Shown here: piece by piece, positions 44,230 through 53,050 of the stretch
Layout of the letters: each line of letters starts with the position of its first letter
How positions within the stretch are numbered: the first letter of the stretch is position 1
NCBI GenBank assembly: GCA_963696385.1
Contig: CAVOKF010000005.1
Location: 640,001 to 704,000, forward strand
DNA from: an uncultured delta proteobacterium
GTDB lineage: Bacteria > Myxococcota_A > Polyangia > Polyangiales > Polyangiaceae
Direction: 5' to 3'
DNA length: 64,000 nucleotides
Notes under the pieces: model-generated
Database searches by the model: none
What the model was told of the DNA's origin: nothing
What the model saw: only the letters and a program-made list of their open reading frames with translations
Program-made: the position numbers and the translations under genes

Positions 44230-45812
44230 CCGGTGCCCAGGCCTCTTCGGCGCCAGAGCTCCTCGGGCTCGCGCGACGAGGACCTCCGCCGTTGCTCGAG
44301 GCCGAAGGGGTGAGCAAGCGGTTTGGCGCGTTCCTCGCTCTGGACGACGTCTCGCTGCGCGTGGAGCCCGGCCATGTCCACGCGCTGCTCGGCGAGAACG
44401 GAGCCGGCAAGAGTACGCTTGTCAAGTGCATCATGGGGTACCAGGCGACCGACGGGGGCCGCATTCGCCTGGGCGATCGGGAGATCGTCCCCAAGAGCCC
44501 GCGCGACGCGCAGGCGCTCGGCATCGGCATGGTCTACCAGCACTTCACGCTCGTCCCCAACATGACGGTCTGCGAGAACCTCGTGCTCGCCCGTCCGAGC
44601 CTGCCCTTCGTGGTCGATTGGGCCGAGGAGCGCGCGGGGCTCGCGGCGTTTCTCACGCGCATGCCGTTCAAGGTGGACCTCGACGCCAGGGTCCGCTCGC
44701 TGTCCGCGGGCGAGAAGCAGAAGATCGAGATCCTGAAGCAGCTCTACCTCGAGTCGAGGGTGGTCATCCTCGACGAGCCCACGTCGGTGCTCACGCCCTC
44801 CGAGGCCGACGAGGTGCTCTCGATGCTGCACCGGATGGCGCGGGCGGGCGAGATCAGCATCGTCCTCATCACGCACAAGTTCCGCGAGGTGACGCAGTTC
44901 GCCGACGAAGTCACCGTGCTTCGCCGCGGCCGCAAGGTCGGCCACGGCAAGGTCGGAGAGCTGACCCCCCAGGCCATGGCGGAGATGATGATGGGCGGCG
45001 CCGTGGCTGCCGAGACCAAGGGCAGGGCGGGCGGCGCGGCGGGCGACACGCGCCTGCGCATCGCCGACGTGCACGCGGACGACGACGTGGGCGTCTCCGC
45101 GCTCCGGGGCGTAACGCTCGAGGTGCGCGCGGGCGAGATCGTCGGTATCGCGGCCATCGCGGGCAACGGACAGGAGGAGCTTGTCGAGGTCCTCGCAGGG
45201 CAGCGCGCTCGCACGTCGGGCACCGTTCAGGTGTCGGGAGCCGACTTCGCGCCCACCCGCGAGCAATTGCGTCTGCGCCGCGTGCGCTGCCTGCCGGAGG
45301 AGCCGCTTCGCAACGCGTGCGTAGCGACGATGAGCGTGGCCGAGAACATGGCCTTGCGCTCGTTCGACGAGCCTCGCTACGCTTTCTTGCGGGTGTTCGT
45401 GTCGACCAAGAAGATCAACGACACGGCTCTGCAGCTCGTGAGCGCCTACGGGATTCGCGCGCCGTCAATCCACACCCCCATCGGTCGCCTCTCGGGCGGC
45501 AACATTCAGCGCTCGGTGCTCGCACGCGAGCTTGAGGGCGATGTGGACGTCCTGGTCGCCGCGAACCCTTGCATGGGGCTCGACTTCGCAGCGGTCGCCG
45601 AGATCCACGGCCGAATCCGTGCGGCCCGCGATCGCGGGACCGCGGTGCTCCTCGTCAGCGCCGACCTCGACGAGATCTTCGCCCTCGCGACGCGGATCCT
45701 GGTCATGAGCGAAGGACGCGTCGTACACCAAACGCCGGTCGATGGGGCCGAGCCCGCCGTGCTCGGCCGGTTCATGGCGGGCCACGGGGCGCACGACGAG
45801 CCGCACGCGTAG
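44226..45812 (+). CDS. ABC transporter ATP-binding protein (two domains)
   Basis: LLGENGAGKST, MVYQHF, LDEPT, ITHK, LSGGNIQR. Confidence 0.92.
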   Translation: MTGAQASSAPELLGLARRGPPPLLEAEGVSKRFGAFLALDDVSLRVEPGHVHALLGENGAGKSTLVKCIMGYQATDGGRIRLGDREIVPKSPRDAQALGIGMVYQHFTLVPNMTVCENLVLARPSLPFVVDWAEERAGLAAFLTRMPFKVDLDARVRSLSAGEKQKIEILKQLYLESRVVILDEPTSVLTPSEADEVLSMLHRMARAGEISIVLITHKFREVTQFADEVTVLRRGRKVGHGKVGELTPQAMAEMMMGGAVAAETKGRAGGAAGDTRLRIADVHADDDVGVSALRGVTLEVRAGEIVGIAAIAGNGQEELVEVLAGQRARTSGTVQVSGADFAPTREQLRLRRVRCLPEEPLRNACVATMSVAENMALRSFDEPRYAFLRVFVSTKKINDTALQLVSAYGIRAPSIHTPIGRLSGGNIQRSVLARELEGDVDVLVAANPCMGLDFAAVAEIHGRIRAARDRGTAVLLVSADLDEIFALATRILVMSEGRVVHQTPVDGAEPAVLGRFMAGHGAHDEPHA

Positions 45813-45869
45813 ACCGGGTCGTGGCGAAGGCGCGCCGGCGACTCACGCCGGAGGGAGGCGGGCGGGCGC

Positions 45870-46069
45870 TCCGGCTCGTAGCCGAACGCGCGCAGCACCG
45901 CCCACGCTTTCTCGCTCTTCAAGTACGCGCAGAATGCGAAGGCCGCAGCGCTGTCGGCCCCCCGGCGCAGCACCACCCACGCTTTCTCGCTCTTCAAGTA
46001 CGCGCAGAATGCGAAGGCCGCAGCGCTGTCGGCCCCCCGGCGCAGCACCACCGCGTCCTGCTCTCCGCG
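45870..46069 (-). pseudogene. C-terminal remnant of a ModA-like molybdate-binding protein containing a 75-bp duplication
   Basis: EQDAVVLRRGADSAAAFAFCAYLKSEKAWAVLRAFGY resembles the ModA C-terminus; in-frame TAG at 46072-46070 just upstream. Confidence 0.65.
45890..46049. repeat. near-perfect 75-bp tandem duplication bounded by GCGCAGCACC
   Basis: 10-mer at 45890, 45965 and 46040; the two copies differ at about one position. Confidence 0.95.
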
Positions 46070-46363
46070 CTACTCGCCGGCGCGTTCGTGACTGTCCACT
46101 TCGCGCGCGTCGTGGTTCCGCGTCGATGGCCCACCGTATGGTTGGCGCGGCATCGACGTTGCACGCTGTGCCTCTACGGAGCCTGGTTTGCGAGCTACGC
46201 CGCACTCATTGCGCTTGGCACGGGGCCCGAGTGCCGATGTGCCCGAGGGCGTGCCACTCGCAGGATACTGCTACACGTCGGGTGATGACGCGCGTTGAGG
46301 TTATCGCGCGACTGGTGCGCGCCTTGGGTGGCCGAGTGTCTCGATTGGATCGGGAGTCGAGGA

Positions 46364-46831
46364 TTAGCTTGGGCCCTTCTCGACGAGATCCTTCAGGTTG
46401 CCAAGCCCCTCCTCGAACGCCCGGCCGATCATCTTGTCCATGTTCATGAAGACGCTCATGACCTTCATCATGAGGTTCTTGGGGCCTATCATGGTCCACG
46501 TCACGCGCGTGCCAGCGCCGTCAGGCTCAAGGGCGAATTCGGCGGTGTTCTCGGAGCGCATGGGCTTGGTGAAATGCAACGCGATGGAGACCTTCTGCGG
46601 CGTGGCGTCGATGATGGTCATGCTGCCGGCGCCGGCTTTGCTGTTGCCTTCCCAGGCATAGCTCGCCCCCGCGCCACGTTCGGCGCCGGAGAACGTCTTC
46701 TTCATCTGGGGGTCGAGCTTCTCGTAAGGCGACCACCTCTCCCACGCACGAAAGTCCTGGATGTGCGGCGCGATGCGGTCGGGCGACGCGGCCACGGTGG
46801 TGGAGCGAGCGATGCGAAAGGTATCGGCCAT
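46364..46831 (-). CDS. SRPBCC family (polyketide cyclase-like) protein
   Basis: WERWSPYEKLDP, YAWEGNSKAGAGSM, TRVTWTM, FEEGLGNLK; RBS GGAGG. Confidence 0.9.
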   Translation of the reverse strand: MADTFRIARSTTVAASPDRIAPHIQDFRAWERWSPYEKLDPQMKKTFSGAERGAGASYAWEGNSKAGAGSMTIIDATPQKVSIALHFTKPMRSENTAEFALEPDGAGTRVTWTMIGPKNLMMKVMSVFMNMDKMIGRAFEEGLGNLKDLVEKGPS

Positions 46832-47439
46832 GGCAACCTCCAGCGGTGCGGGAGCACTCTAGAGCAATTCGAACGGCTCGTCCCGACCGGCGGCCGACGA
46901 ACCGCATGGTCTCTACTTCCGCGGATGATCCCCGATTTTTCGCGTGATTCTGCTACTATCATCACCTCGGCCGCTTCGCGCGAGGCCCGTTGCCGTGCGC
47001 CGCTCGCATGGCACTGGATCCGAACCCGCGACGTCGCGGGCCTTGGAACGGTCGTACTTCTTTGCGGCCGGCCCGCAGGCCGACAACGTGTGCCGAGCCG
47101 TGCCATCCCCCGGTCGTGACGCTCATTCCATTCCGTTATGATCGGCACGGGCGTTCAGGGTACGGCCCGTCGTCAGGGCGCAAGCGGTCACGAACTCGGC
47201 ACGCCTGTCGGCGGCGCGTTCGGCGGCCGGCATCAGAGTGAGTCGCCTCTCTAAGTTGTGCGCGGCTGCCCGTCAAGCCTGCGTCCGCCGCGGCGCTAGT
47301 GCGTCTTGTCTGAGTCATTCTCCGGTTCCAAGCCGAATCCGAGTAACCGCTCCGCGCGAGCCTCGTAGGGTCCGCAACGCACGGTGCGTCCAAGGTGGAC
47401 GCCAAGAACGAGCAGGCACTTGCATCGAGGAGGATGAAC

Positions 47440-48723
47440 ATGCGCGCGACGATCGGGAGCGGTGTGACCACAGGGATCGTGCTTGGTTTCATGGGTCTGC
47501 TTGCGGCCTGCAGCAGCGGCAGCGCCGGGCCTGCGGGCCCTGCCGGTGAAGCTGGCGCGCCCGGTGCAACGGGTCCGGCGGGGCCGGCTGGGTCTGCTGG
47601 ACCGGCAGGACCGGCTGGACCGGCAGGTCCGCAGGGCGAAGCCGGAGCGCAGGGCCCGGCTGGTCCCGTGCCCGAGGCTGCGACCTCCGCGCCTGCGGCC
47701 GTCTACATCCTGTCCAACGACGCAGTCTCGAACGAGATCATCGAGTACACGCGCTCCTCGACGACGGGTGCTCTCACTGCGTTCGGCGAGTACCCGACCG
47801 GAGGCGCCGGCACCGGCAATGGGCTCGCCAGCCAGGGGGCCCTCATCTTCGACGCAACGAGCAACCACTTCTTCGCCGTGAACGCCGGCGACAGCTCGAT
47901 CTCGGAGCTCGCGCTCGAAGTGGACGGGAGCATCCACTTGCTGTCCAGCGTCCCGTCCGGCGGCACGGCACCGATCAGCCTCACGTTATCGGGCACGACG
48001 CTCTATGTCCTCAATGCCGGCAGTGCGACCGACGCCGGCAGTGCGACCGTCGCAGCCAACATCTCGGGTTTCACGGTGGACCCGGGCGGTCTCATCCCGA
48101 TTCCCAGCTCCACGCAGCCGCTGAGCAGCGCGCAGCCCGGGGCCGAGCAGATCTCGTTCGTCCAGAACGGCGCCGTGCTCGTCGTCACCGAGAAGGGGGC
48201 GAACAACATCGATACGTTCGTCGTGACTGCCGGTGTCGCGGCTGCGGGGACCTTCACGTCTGCGGGTACGGCAATGGCGCCGTACGGGTTCGGAGTCTCG
48301 GGTAGCGGGCTGATCGTCGTCAGCCAGGCGACGGCGAACACGGGAGCGAGCTCCTACTCCATCTCGGCGACCGGCGTGGTGACCACCGACACGGCGTTCG
48401 TCGCGGACGGCCAGCTGGCCGCATGCTGGGTGGCCATCGTGGACACCACGGCGTATGCGCTCAATGCCCACAACGCGACGATCTCCGCCTATACGATCAC
48501 CCCGGCCACCGGGGCGATCACGCTAGTGGGTAACGGCGTGGCGGCAACGACCGGTGCAGGCCCGACGGACGTCGCGGCAAGCCCGGACGGCGCATTCCTC
48601 TACACGCGCAATGGCGCCGGTCAGTCGATCAGCAGCTGGCCCATCGCCGCGGACGCTACCCTTGGGACGGTGACCACCTTCGCGGGCACTCCGGCGGCGT
48701 CAGCGGGTCTCGTCGTGAGGTAA
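47440..48723 (+). CDS. lipoprotein with collagen-like Gly-X-Y stalk and lactonase-family beta-propeller
   Basis: RBS GAGGAGG; LAAC lipobox; [10 protein letters not shown] repeats; [32 protein letters not shown]. Confidence 0.85.
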   Translation: MRATIGSGVTTGIVLGFMGLLAACSSGSAGPAGPAGEAGAPGATGPAGPAGSAGPAGPAGPAGPQGEAGAQGPAGPVPEAATSAPAAVYILSNDAVSNEIIEYTRSSTTGALTAFGEYPTGGAGTGNGLASQGALIFDATSNHFFAVNAGDSSISELALEVDGSIHLLSSVPSGGTAPISLTLSGTTLYVLNAGSATDAGSATVAANISGFTVDPGGLIPIPSSTQPLSSAQPGAEQISFVQNGAVLVVTEKGANNIDTFVVTAGVAAAGTFTSAGTAMAPYGFGVSGSGLIVVSQATANTGASSYSISATGVVTTDTAFVADGQLAACWVAIVDTTAYALNAHNATISAYTITPATGAITLVGNGVAATTGAGPTDVAASPDGAFLYTRNGAGQSISSWPIAADATLGTVTTFAGTPAASAGLVVR

Positions 48724-48901
48724 CGCTCGGCGTAACCAGGCGTCGGGGCCACTCTCGTACGGAGCAGCCCTTCGCGTGTTCCGAAGCAAACGGGTCGTTG
48801 TCGACATAGGACCGCGCTCGCCGTTTGCGAGACGCGTGCTCGGAACGACAGAGAAGCGCGACGCGCCCCTCCTTCCACTTCCATCCTATGCCAGAGACTC
48901 T

Positions 48902-48916
48902 GGCTTGCCGCAATCC
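48902..48916 (+). promoter_or_regulatory. RAE-like inverted repeat GGCTTGC-C-GCAATCC upstream of rph
   Basis: 7-bp arms with one mismatch, about 70 bp before the rph ATG; resembles the rifamycin-associated element core as I recall it (CTTGC-N-GCAAG). Confidence 0.5.
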
Positions 48917-48986
48917 CCCGGTCATGCCGCACAGTCTCCCCCGCACGCGAGAAACGACGGGCGCGACAGGCGAGAGGACGTGACGG

Positions 48987-51593
48987 ATGGGCTGCTACGT
49001 GTTGGGTTTCCATGAGATCGACCAGACACACTTCGCGCTCGTGGGCGGCAAGGGCGCGTACCTGGGCGAGCTCTCGCGGATCGAAAGCATCCGCGTGCCG
49101 CCTGGCTTTTGCGTAACGGTGGGCGCCTTCCAGCGGATCATGGCGGAAGCACCGTCGATCGACGATCGGCTCGATCGGCTGTCGCGTCTGAAGCCGGATG
49201 ACCGGGCGGTGATCCGCGCCCTCAGCGCGGAGATCCGCAGGACCGTCGAGCGGGTCGCCATCCCTGACGATCTGGCGGCGGCGATAACCCGCCGGCTCGC
49301 CCGGCTCGGCGAAGCCGCCTACGCCGTCCGATCCAGCGCGACGGCGGAGGACTTGCCGATGGCCTCGTTTGCAGGCCAGCAGGACACGTACCTGAACGTC
49401 GTGGGAGCGGCGGCGATCCTCCAGCACGTCAGCCGGTGCTGGGCCTCGCTCTTTAGCGAGCGGGCCGTGACATACCGCCTACGGAACGGTTTCGATCACC
49501 GGAAAGTTTATATGGCCGTGGTCGTGCAGCAGATGGTCTTCCCGCAGGTGGCCGGGATCCTGTTCACGGCTGACCCCGTCACCGGAAACCGGAAGGTCGC
49601 GTGCGTGGACGCCAACTTCGGCCTCGGCGAGGCGCTGGTCTCTGGCCTGGTGAACGCGGACGTCTACAAGGTGCGGGACGGCGAGATCGTCGCCAAGACG
49701 ATCTCCGGAAAGCAGCTTGCCATCCACGCCTCGTCAACGGGCGGGACACACGGACAGGCGATCGAGCTCGAGCGGCAGCCGCAGCCAGCGCTCACAGATG
49801 CGCAGGTCGTCCGGCTCGCGCAGCTCGGCCGGCGGATCGAAGCGCACTTCGGCCGCCCGCAGGACATCGAATGGTGTCTGGTCGACGATGCCTTTCACAT
49901 CGTCCAGAGCCGGCCGATCACCACGCTGTTCCCCATCCCCGCGGCCGGCGACGAAGACAATCACGTCTACGTCTCCGTCGGTCATCAGCAGATGATGACG
50001 GACCCGATGAAGCCCCTTGGGCTCTCCCTCTTCAAGCTGACAACCCGCGCGCCCATGCGCGAGGCCGGCGGGAGGCTGTTCGTCGATGTCACCCGGGGAT
50101 TGGCTTCGCCAGCGAGCCGCGCAGGTCTGCTGGCAGTTTTCGGGAAAGGGGATCCGCTGATCCGGGACGCGCTCGAGACCGTCCTCGAACGCGGCAACTT
50201 CATCCGATCGCTCCCGGACGAGGGGCCCGTCGCGGTGCCATCGGGCGTCGCGACGGCTGGCGGTGCGCCAGCCCCACTTGAGACCGATCCGGCCATCGTC
50301 GTCGACCTGATCGGACGCAGCCAGGCCTCCGTCGCGGCCTCGAAGCGCGACATCGGGACGAAGTCCGGAACGGCGCTGCTCGACTTCATCCTTGCGGACA
50401 TCCAGGAGCTGAGACGGACCTTGTTCGATCCGCGAAGCCATCAGGTGTTCATGTCGGCGATGGAGGCCAGCTGGTGGCTTAACGAGCAGCTGCAGGCGTG
50501 GCTGGGCGAGAAGAACGCAGCCGACACGCTCATGCTGTCCGTCCCCAACAACGTCACGTCGGAGATGGGCCTGGCGCTCCTGGACGTCGCGGACGTCATC
50601 CGCCCGCATCCGGACCTGGTGGCTTTTCTGGAGCACGTCGGGGACGAGAGCTTCCTGGACGAGCTGCCCAAGCTCGCGGGCGGGCCGGAAACGCGAGACG
50701 CCATCTGCGCCTACCTCGACAAGTACGGCATGCGTTGCGTCGGCGAGATCGACGTCACGAGGCCGCGCTGGGCCGAACGCCCCACGACGCTCGTGCCCCT
50801 GATCCTCGGCAACATCAAGAACTTCGATCCTGGTGCCGGCAAGCGGCGCTTCGAGCAAGGCCGGCAGGAGGCCTGGAAGAAGGAGCAGGAGCTGCTGGAG
50901 CGCTTGCGCGCTTTGCCGGACGGAGTGCACAAGGCCGAAGAGACCAAGCGAATGATCGACCGGGTCCGGACCTTCATCGGGTATCGGGAGTATCCGAAGT
51001 ACGGCATGATCAGCCGCTACTTCGTTTACAAGCAGGCCCTGCTTGAAGAAGCCGAGCGCCTCGTCTTGGCCCACGTGCTTCGTGAGCGGGAGGACATCTT
51101 CTACCTCACCCTCCAGGAGCTCCGAGATGTCGTACGCGCGAGGCAGGTGGACGATCAGCTCATTGTCCAGCGCAAGGAAGCGTTCCGGTCGTATCAGGCG
51201 CTCACGCCGCCCCGGGTGCTCACGTCCGATGGCGAGGCCATCGCCGGGGCGTACCGAGGCCACGATTGGCCCGCCGGCGCGCTCGTCGGCCTGCCGGTTT
51301 CCGCCGGGATCATCGAGGGGCGGGCCCGCGTCATTTTGGACATGGCGGAGGCCGACGTCGAAGCGGGGGACATCCTCGTCACCGCCTACACGGACCCGGG
51401 CTGGACGCCCCTGTTCGTCGCGATCAAGGGTCTGGTGACGGAGGTGGGGGGCCCGATGACCCATGGCGCGGTGATCGCCCGGGAGTACGGCTTGCCGGCC
51501 GTCGTGGGGGTGGAGCACGCCACGCAGTGGATCCGGAATGGGCAACGGATCCGCGTGCATGGAACCGACGGGTACGTTGAGATCCTGTCCTAG
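48987..51593 (+). CDS. rph: rifamycin-inactivating phosphotransferase (PEP synthase-like)
   Basis: 868 aa; ATP-grasp VGGKG, AVRSSATAED, SFAGQ; central YVSVGHQQMMTD, YGMRCVGEID, GYREYPKY; C-terminal His domain MTHGAVIAREYG. Confidence 0.9.
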   Translation: MGCYVLGFHEIDQTHFALVGGKGAYLGELSRIESIRVPPGFCVTVGAFQRIMAEAPSIDDRLDRLSRLKPDDRAVIRALSAEIRRTVERVAIPDDLAAAITRRLARLGEAAYAVRSSATAEDLPMASFAGQQDTYLNVVGAAAILQHVSRCWASLFSERAVTYRLRNGFDHRKVYMAVVVQQMVFPQVAGILFTADPVTGNRKVACVDANFGLGEALVSGLVNADVYKVRDGEIVAKTISGKQLAIHASSTGGTHGQAIELERQPQPALTDAQVVRLAQLGRRIEAHFGRPQDIEWCLVDDAFHIVQSRPITTLFPIPAAGDEDNHVYVSVGHQQMMTDPMKPLGLSLFKLTTRAPMREAGGRLFVDVTRGLASPASRAGLLAVFGKGDPLIRDALETVLERGNFIRSLPDEGPVAVPSGVATAGGAPAPLETDPAIVVDLIGRSQASVAASKRDIGTKSGTALLDFILADIQELRRTLFDPRSHQVFMSAMEASWWLNEQLQAWLGEKNAADTLMLSVPNNVTSEMGLALLDVADVIRPHPDLVAFLEHVGDESFLDELPKLAGGPETRDAICAYLDKYGMRCVGEIDVTRPRWAERPTTLVPLILGNIKNFDPGAGKRRFEQGRQEAWKKEQELLERLRALPDGVHKAEETKRMIDRVRTFIGYREYPKYGMISRYFVYKQALLEEAERLVLAHVLREREDIFYLTLQELRDVVRARQVDDQLIVQRKEAFRSYQALTPPRVLTSDGEAIAGAYRGHDWPAGALVGLPVSAGIIEGRARVILDMAEADVEAGDILVTAYTDPGWTPLFVAIKGLVTEVGGPMTHGAVIAREYGLPAVVGVEHATQWIRNGQRIRVHGTDGYVEILS

Positions 51594-51853
51594 CCGGGCC
51601 AACCCGTTCGGTCGAACAGGGGCAGCGTTCGAGTCGACGGCCGCCCATTATGGCGCCCACCGGCCGGCCTGCGCGCCCGGTCAACTGCGGGACGGACTTT
51701 GGGCTGCGCGGCCGGTCCTCGCCCGCGCGGCGGGATACCGGGGGAGCGTCTTCTATCAGGGAATCGAGATCCCGGAGTCGTTTATCTTGCGATCAGTGGG
51801 CAAACGCGCCTCGGGATTCACAGCTTCGCGATTTCGTTTAGGCTGACCACCAG

Positions 51854-53032
51854 ATGGCCGTTCTGGTACTCAATTGCGGCTCCTCGTCGTTGAAGTTTGC
51901 GCTCGTCGAGCCGCAGACGGGCGACCGGTCGATCCAGGGGACTCTGGAACGGATCGGTACGGAGGGCGCCGTTCTCACCACGCGTCTCGCGGCAGGAGTG
52001 GAGCGTGTCGTGGCGCTGCCCCTCGCGGACCACGAACGAGCACTCGCCGCGGTCTTGGAGCGGCTCACCGAGGGCACGTTGCACCGGGAGGTCGAGGGCG
52101 TCGGTCACCGGGTCGTTCATGGGGGAGAAGAGTTCACCGAGTCGGTCCTGGTGAACGATCGTGTCGAGGCGTCGATCGCCAGAGCGTGCCGTCTGGCGCC
52201 TCTGCACAACCCCGCCAACCTTGCCGGCATTCGTGCGGCTCGAACCGCATTTCCGGACGTTCCTCAGGTTGCGGTCTTCGACACCGCGTTCCACCAGACA
52301 ATGCCACCGCGCGCGTACCTCTTTGCGGTGCCCGACGCGTGGTACCGAACCCACGGCGCCCGCAAGTTCGGCTTTCATGGCACATCGCATCGGTACGTGG
52401 CGGGGGAGGCCGCCCGTCGGATCGGACGCCCGCCTGCCGAGCTCGACATGCTGACGGCACATCTGGGCAACGGCTGCAGCGCCTGCGCAGTCAAGCGCGG
52501 CAAGAGCGCCGATACGACCATGGGACTCACACCGCTGGCCGGGCTGGTGATGGGAACGCGCTCCGGCGACGTCGACCCGAGTCTCGTCGCGTACATGGCG
52601 TCGGCACTTGGGACGGATGCCCAAGGGATCACGCGCGAGTTGAACGAGCGGTCGGGGCTGCTCGGTCTGTCCGGACTATCGCACGACATGCGCACGCTGC
52701 TCGCGGCGCGCGATCAAGGTCACGCGGCGGCCGCCCTCGCGATTGACGTCTTCTGTCACAGGCTGTCGTCCTGCTTGCTCGCGCTCTCTGCCTCGCTCGA
52801 ACGGGTGGACGCGCTGGTGTTCACCGCCGGCATCGGTGAGCACGCTGCGCCCGTGCGCCGCCAGGTTGTCGAGCGGCTATGGCCGCTTGGGGCCCGCGTC
52901 GACGACGAGGCGAACGCGCGCCACGGGTTGCCTTCGGGCTGCATCAGCGCGGAAGGCTCGGTGCCGATTTGGGTCATTCCGACCGACGAGGAGTGGATGA
53001 TCGCCCGGGACACGCGCCTCCTGATCGGGTGA
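51854..53032 (+). CDS. ackA: acetate kinase
   Basis: VLNCGSSSLK, HRVVHGG, APLHN, DTAFHQT, HLGNG, FTAGIGE, PTDEE. Confidence 0.95.
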   Translation: MAVLVLNCGSSSLKFALVEPQTGDRSIQGTLERIGTEGAVLTTRLAAGVERVVALPLADHERALAAVLERLTEGTLHREVEGVGHRVVHGGEEFTESVLVNDRVEASIARACRLAPLHNPANLAGIRAARTAFPDVPQVAVFDTAFHQTMPPRAYLFAVPDAWYRTHGARKFGFHGTSHRYVAGEAARRIGRPPAELDMLTAHLGNGCSACAVKRGKSADTTMGLTPLAGLVMGTRSGDVDPSLVAYMASALGTDAQGITRELNERSGLLGLSGLSHDMRTLLAARDQGHAAAALAIDVFCHRLSSCLLALSASLERVDALVFTAGIGEHAAPVRRQVVERLWPLGARVDDEANARHGLPSGCISAEGSVPIWVIPTDEEWMIARDTRLLIG

Positions 53033-53050
53033 GGGGCTTCGAGGCGACCC

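Noticed and set aside
48987..51593. Annotation as ordinary PEP synthase (ppsA)
   Set aside because: Domain order with a C-terminal His domain and no pyruvate-binding barrel fits Rph
49734..51602. Long antisense ORFs (also 29298..31391, 31617..33440, 58523..60085)
   Set aside because: Shadow ORFs expected opposite high-GC genes; no recognisable motifs
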